Shown here: positions 33,866-38,691 of the stretch, piece by piece
Layout of the letters: every line of letters begins with the position of its first letter
Numbering within the stretch: position 1 is the first letter of the stretch
Assembly (NCBI RefSeq): GCF_001194135.2
Contig: NC_068986.1
Location: 85,819,956 to 85,858,646 of the forward strand
Direction: 5' to 3'
Source of the DNA: Octopus bimaculoides
Lineage: Eukaryota
DNA length: 38,691 bases
Program-made: the position numbers and the translations under genes
Notes under the pieces: model-generated
What the model was told of the DNA's origin: nothing
Databases searched by the model: none
What the model saw: only the letters and a program-made list of their open reading frames with translations

Positions 33866-36409
33866 TATACACACACATATACTTCTATATACGTATATGT
33901 CTGTGTATGTATAATATTATACGACCCTCCTCACGTATATATATATATATATATATATATATNNNNNNNNNNNNNNNNNNNNNNNNNNNNNNNNNNNNNN
34001 NNNNNNNNNNNNNNNNNNNNNNNNNNNNNNNNNNNNNNNNNNNNNNNNNNNNNNNNNNNNNNNNNNNNNNNNNNNNNNNNNNNNNNNNNNNNNNNNNNNN
34101 NNNNNNNNNNNNNNNNNNNNNNNNNNNNNNNNNNNNNNNNNNNNNNNNNNNNNNNNNNNNNNNNNNNNNNNNNNNNNNNNNNNNNNNNNNNNNNNNNNNN
34201 NNNNNNNNNNNNNNNNNNNNNNNNNNNNNNNNNNNNNNNNNNNNNNNNNNNNNNNNNNNNNNNNNNNNNNNNNNNNNNNNNNNNNNNNNNNNNNNNNNNN
34301 NNNNNNNNNNNNNNNNNNNNNNNNNNNNNNNNNNNNNNNNNNNNNNNNNNNNNNNNNNNNNNNNNNNNNNNNNNNNNNNNNNNNNNNNNNNNNNNNNNNN
34401 NNNNNNNNNNNNNNNNNNNNNNNNNNNNNNNNNNNNNNNNNNNNNNNNNNNNNNNNNNNNNNNNNNNNNNNNNNNNNNNNNNNNNNNNNNNNNNNNNNNN
34501 NNNNNNNNNNNNNNNNNNNNNNNNNNNNNNNNNNNNNNNNNNNNNNNNNNNNNNNNNNNNNNNNNNNNNNNNNNNNNNNNNNNNNNNNNNNNNNNNNNNN
34601 NNNNNNNNNNNNNNNNNNNNNNNNNNNNNNNNNNNNNNNNNNNNNNNNNNNNNNNNNNNNNNNNNNNNNNNNNNNNNNNNNNNNNNNNNNNNNNNNNNNN
34701 NNNNNNNNNNNNNNNNNNNNNNNNNNNNNNNNNNNNNNNNNNNNNNNNNNNNNNNNNNNNNNNNNNNNNNNNNNNNNNTATATATATATATATATATATA
34801 TATATGCATACAGATTTCAAAACATTGTCTGAGTGGAGGGAATTACTGGTAAATATTTCATCGATAGTTAAAAATAGAAAGTTACATAAATGGTTTTGAA
34901 ATTAGATGATAAAGGGACGTAAATTAATAGCATAATGCATTCAGAACGATACTCTACCATTTCTTGAAGTGTACCAGTCCTTTGTGATTAAGAATATGAG
35001 TGTTGTTATGCGCCGTGTGCATATATAGTGTCACTCATACACATACACAGACACACAGTTATATATTTAGTGGTATAGAAACGTATAGAAATATACATAC
35101 ATACATATCGACCTTGAAAGGAATATGAATATATACTTCCAGTATGAGAGGTAAAAAAGAAAAAGCTCTGTGTTGTCATAAAACACCCTATATATCAGCC
35201 AACAACACTACGAGCAGTGATTATTAATACCAGCTCATTAAGGAACGGTAACACAATATTCAATTAAACACACTTTCTATAATTATAAGTGCAGATGCAT
35301 CTTTTTGCATCTTGCACCCTATTTAACATTTAAATTTTTATTTTAAATTTAATTACATCACTGCAGCTGCTGTTGCTGATGTTCATGCATTTTCTTTTTT
35401 CTTTTTTTTTTTGCTCATAATGTCGTTGGAAATGCTTTATTTTTTATATATCTGCTTATTTTTTTCTAACTTTTCGCACTGGTTTCTAAATTCAGTTTGA
35501 AAATAATTGTTTAGAATTTAGTCAGTGGCAAGTGTTAAGTAATTCTAATGACTTTTAGTTGCGTGTAAACCAAAGCTGTGACTGAAGATTATGGTAGAGC
35601 TTTTGCGTCATAAAAAAAAGAAAACAATTATCGATCCAAGGTATTGTCTTTGTTGATTTTCACACACAAGAATAGCTGGCTTAATCATGTGCCTATTCAA
35701 TTCATAAGCCCTGCGCGCGAGATTTGATACACATGCATATATAAACATAGTGAATTGTTACGTACTGAGGGTAAACTTTTCACTTTGCTTCCATTTCCTT
35801 CAACGTCCCTCGCATTTTACCGAGAAGAAATCGAATGTAGAATGACTTGGAACGATAAGCACTCCATCAAAAAATACCGAAGATCCAGGTACGATACACA
35901 GACACTCACACATACATGCACATGCATGCCTACACACACACATGCCCACACCTATAAGAAACGTAAATGAACTCAGTGTTTCATGTATTTGAATAACAAA
36001 GGGAAGATGACTACGTGGATATTAAACAAATTCTTGATTGATTCAGTTTTTCACCGCTTCGACAGAAATGCATTAATTGCTTTTCCTTCAGTTTACATAC
36101 ATCACATCAATGGATCTGATTCTGAAATTTAATAGCACTCCAATGACGAAATATAATTGCAGTTGATTGATCATCAAAATCACCATAGTAATCATAAATA
36201 TAAACATACTGGTTATCGCGGTTATAAGTGGATCGAAGTCAAAGATACCAGATGTAGAGCGAATAACAAGTTAAACTATACACACCCCAAAATTTGCATG
36301 ATTCTAAATATTTCTTGAACGTTGGCTTGCTTGTATTTTCAAACACAATCCGATAAAATATATCTATTTGAATGTTTGTAAGCCCCTCCCCTCTCTCAGT
36401 CTTTCTTTC

Positions 36410-36411
36410 TT

Positions 36412-36449
<38 letters not shown>

Positions 36450-36450
36450 A

Positions 36451-36491
<41 letters not shown>

Positions 36492-36562
36492 CATACATAC
36501 ATGCATATATATATATATATGTGTGTGTGTGCGTGCGTATGTGCGTGTGTGTGTGTGTGTGT
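36410..36562. repeat. Compound (TCTA)n/(ACAT)n/(TA)n/(GT)n
   Basis: Direct inspection. Confidence 0.92.
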
Positions 36563-36867
36563 ACTACTTAGGCACTGAAAGAGGCTCCGATGAAACCATA
36601 TGACACCCAACTGTGTGTCCGGTGCATCTTATAGCAGAAAATGTAACTGTGATAGAAATTTCAAGAAAAAATGTACACCATCTGGTGAGAGATGAATATT
36701 ATTCATTTAAAAGTGACAATACACGTATTGAAGCTCAAACATATTCTTCAGGCGGAAATCATATATAACGATATCTTTATGATATGAGGAATATGTTTTA
36801 GTTCTCTCAACATATAAAACGTACAGCAGCGCTTTAATATACGTATTGTTACTTTTAAATAAATAAC

Positions 36868-36902
36868 GATAGATAGCTAGATAGATAGACAGACAGACAG
36901 AC

Positions 36903-36953
<51 letters not shown>
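36868..36953. repeat. (GATA)n/(GACA)n microsatellite
   Basis: Direct inspection. Confidence 0.92.
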
Positions 36954-37123
36954 CATGTAACGTGTGATAATGAAGCCAAATACTGATAATTTAATCATTT
37001 AAGGGACGTTCTTACGTAACAGATGCATTTCTTATTATACACTACATATATATATGTACTACGTGGGTATCAAATGATTTCAAAATATCACTATTTGGCT
37101 TCATTATTACATTTTATACGATG

Positions 37124-38016
37124 TCAGTAAAAGCTAGCCGGTCCAGACTCCTCTTACGCAGATACAATAAAAATGATTTGGAATTGTTCGTTATATTTGT
37201 TTGATTCGGGGTGAAAATTCCGGTATGTGCGTCGCTTTTTAGCGCAACACGAAATATATGCATATATATATATATATGTATATATACAAACGTAAATACA
37301 TATGTAGAAAACTAATACACACACACACTCACATTCACATACATACATACATACGTATATATATATATANNNNNNNNNNNNNNNNNNNNNNNNNNNNNNN
37401 NNNNNNNNNNNNNNNNNNNNNNNNNNNNNNNNNNNNNNNNNNNNNNNNNNNNNNNNNNNNNNNNNNNNNNNNNNNNNNNNNNNNNNNNNNNNNNNNNNNN
37501 NNNNNNNNNNNNNNNNNNNNNNNNNNNNNNNNNNNNNNNNNNNNNNNNNNNNNNNNNNNNNNNNNNNNNNNNNNNNNNNNNNNNNNNNNNNNNNNNNNNN
37601 NNNNNNNNNNNNNNNNNNNNNNNNNNNNNNNNNNNNNNNNNNNNNNNNNNNNNNNNNNNNNNNNNNNNNNNNNNNNNNNNNNNNNNNNNNNNNNNNNNNN
37701 NNNNNNNNNNNNNNNNNNNNNNNNNNNNNNNNNNNNNNNNNNNNNNNNNNNNNNNNNNNNNNNNNNNNNNNNNNNNNNNNNNNNNNNNNNNNNNNNNNNN
37801 NNNNNNNNNNNNNNNNNNNNNNNNNNNNNNNNNNNNNNNNNNNNNNNNNNNNNNNNNNNNNTCAGTAAAAGCTAGCCGGTCCAGACTCCTCTTACGCAGA
37901 TACAATAAAAATGATTTGGAATTGTTCGTTATATTTGTTTGATTCGGGGTGAAAATTCCGGTATGTGCGTCGCTTTTTAGCGCAACACGAAATATATGCA
38001 TATATATATATATATG
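37124..38016. repeat. Direct duplication (155 bp, offset 738) across an N gap
   Basis: 37124-37278 equals 37862-38016, including the (TA)n length. The sequences downstream of each copy differ. Confidence 0.9.
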
Positions 38017-38519
38017 AATGTATGTATATATATTTATGTATACATGTGTATGTATGTGTATATATACGCGTGCGGGATCTACCATCATTTGCAAAAACCA
38101 GTGTACCGTTCATAGATCAACTTAATACTTCCTGCTTATATTAAAGTATATGTGGTTGAGTATACCGCACACACTTATAACATTATCTTAATGGTCAGGC
38201 CAAATGACAGGGACATTCTGCGTTAAGATCCACCTTTCGAATTACTGGTACAACCCAGTCGTTTAGCTTCACCACAATTTCTGTCACACCTCTTTTTCAC
38301 ATGTTTTTTTTTTCAATCTAAAATAATACGCTCAAGGAATCCGCTACATCAGATACAGCACAATTGTAAAATGAAATGCCCAAACACACAAACAAGCTCG
38401 CATCCACTGCAGTTACAGACATAAGGATGAATATACGATAGGATACATTTATGTAGATCGCTTCCTACTTCTACGACAAAATTTTAATCCGCTCACTTCA
38501 ACATATATGCATATCAACA

Positions 38520-38658
38520 TACACAAAAATACCTACTTGCTCATACATGTGTGTGCATGTATATATACGTACATATATACGTACACACATATATACATAC
38601 ACATATATATGCATATATATACATATATAAATATATATGTATATATGTGTGTATATAC

Positions 38659-38691
<33 letters not shown>
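38520..38691. repeat. Degenerate (TA)/(CA) simple repeat
   Basis: Direct inspection. Confidence 0.85.

Noticed and set aside
35829-35890. Candidate exon ending CCAG|GTACGA
   Set aside because: The first AG after the pyrimidine tract is GAG (poor acceptor), and the peptide is unrecognisable.

Overview
This is AT-rich eukaryotic draft-assembly DNA, not prokaryotic. It has 12 N gaps totalling about 5.3 kb (~14%) and dense di-, tri- and tetranucleotide microsatellites. The SINE families resemble those I know from octopus (coleoid cephalopod) genomes, which is an inference. No complete protein-coding gene, rRNA, true tRNA or CRISPR array is supported, and almost all long ORFs in the track are artefacts of microsatellites or N gaps. 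Supported content: (i) a cluster of four Tc1/mariner relics at 2.4-6.5 kb, including a near full-length DD34E Tc1 with TIRs and a fold-back mariner derivative whose TIR carries an RFX X-box-like palindrome; (ii) a nest at 8.7-10.2 kb made of a Penelope-like RT fragment, a LINE 3' end encoding C2H2-like fingers and a tRNA-derived SINE; (iii) about 12 SINE copies or fragments from at least three families; (iv) several MITE-like or artefactual inverted repeats and direct duplications; (v) one strong candidate internal host exon on the + strand (31256-31341). The window therefore most likely lies in the long introns of an unidentified gene. I found no convincing novel multi-gene system; the most interesting leads are transposon architecture, regulatory motifs and RNA-structure signals.
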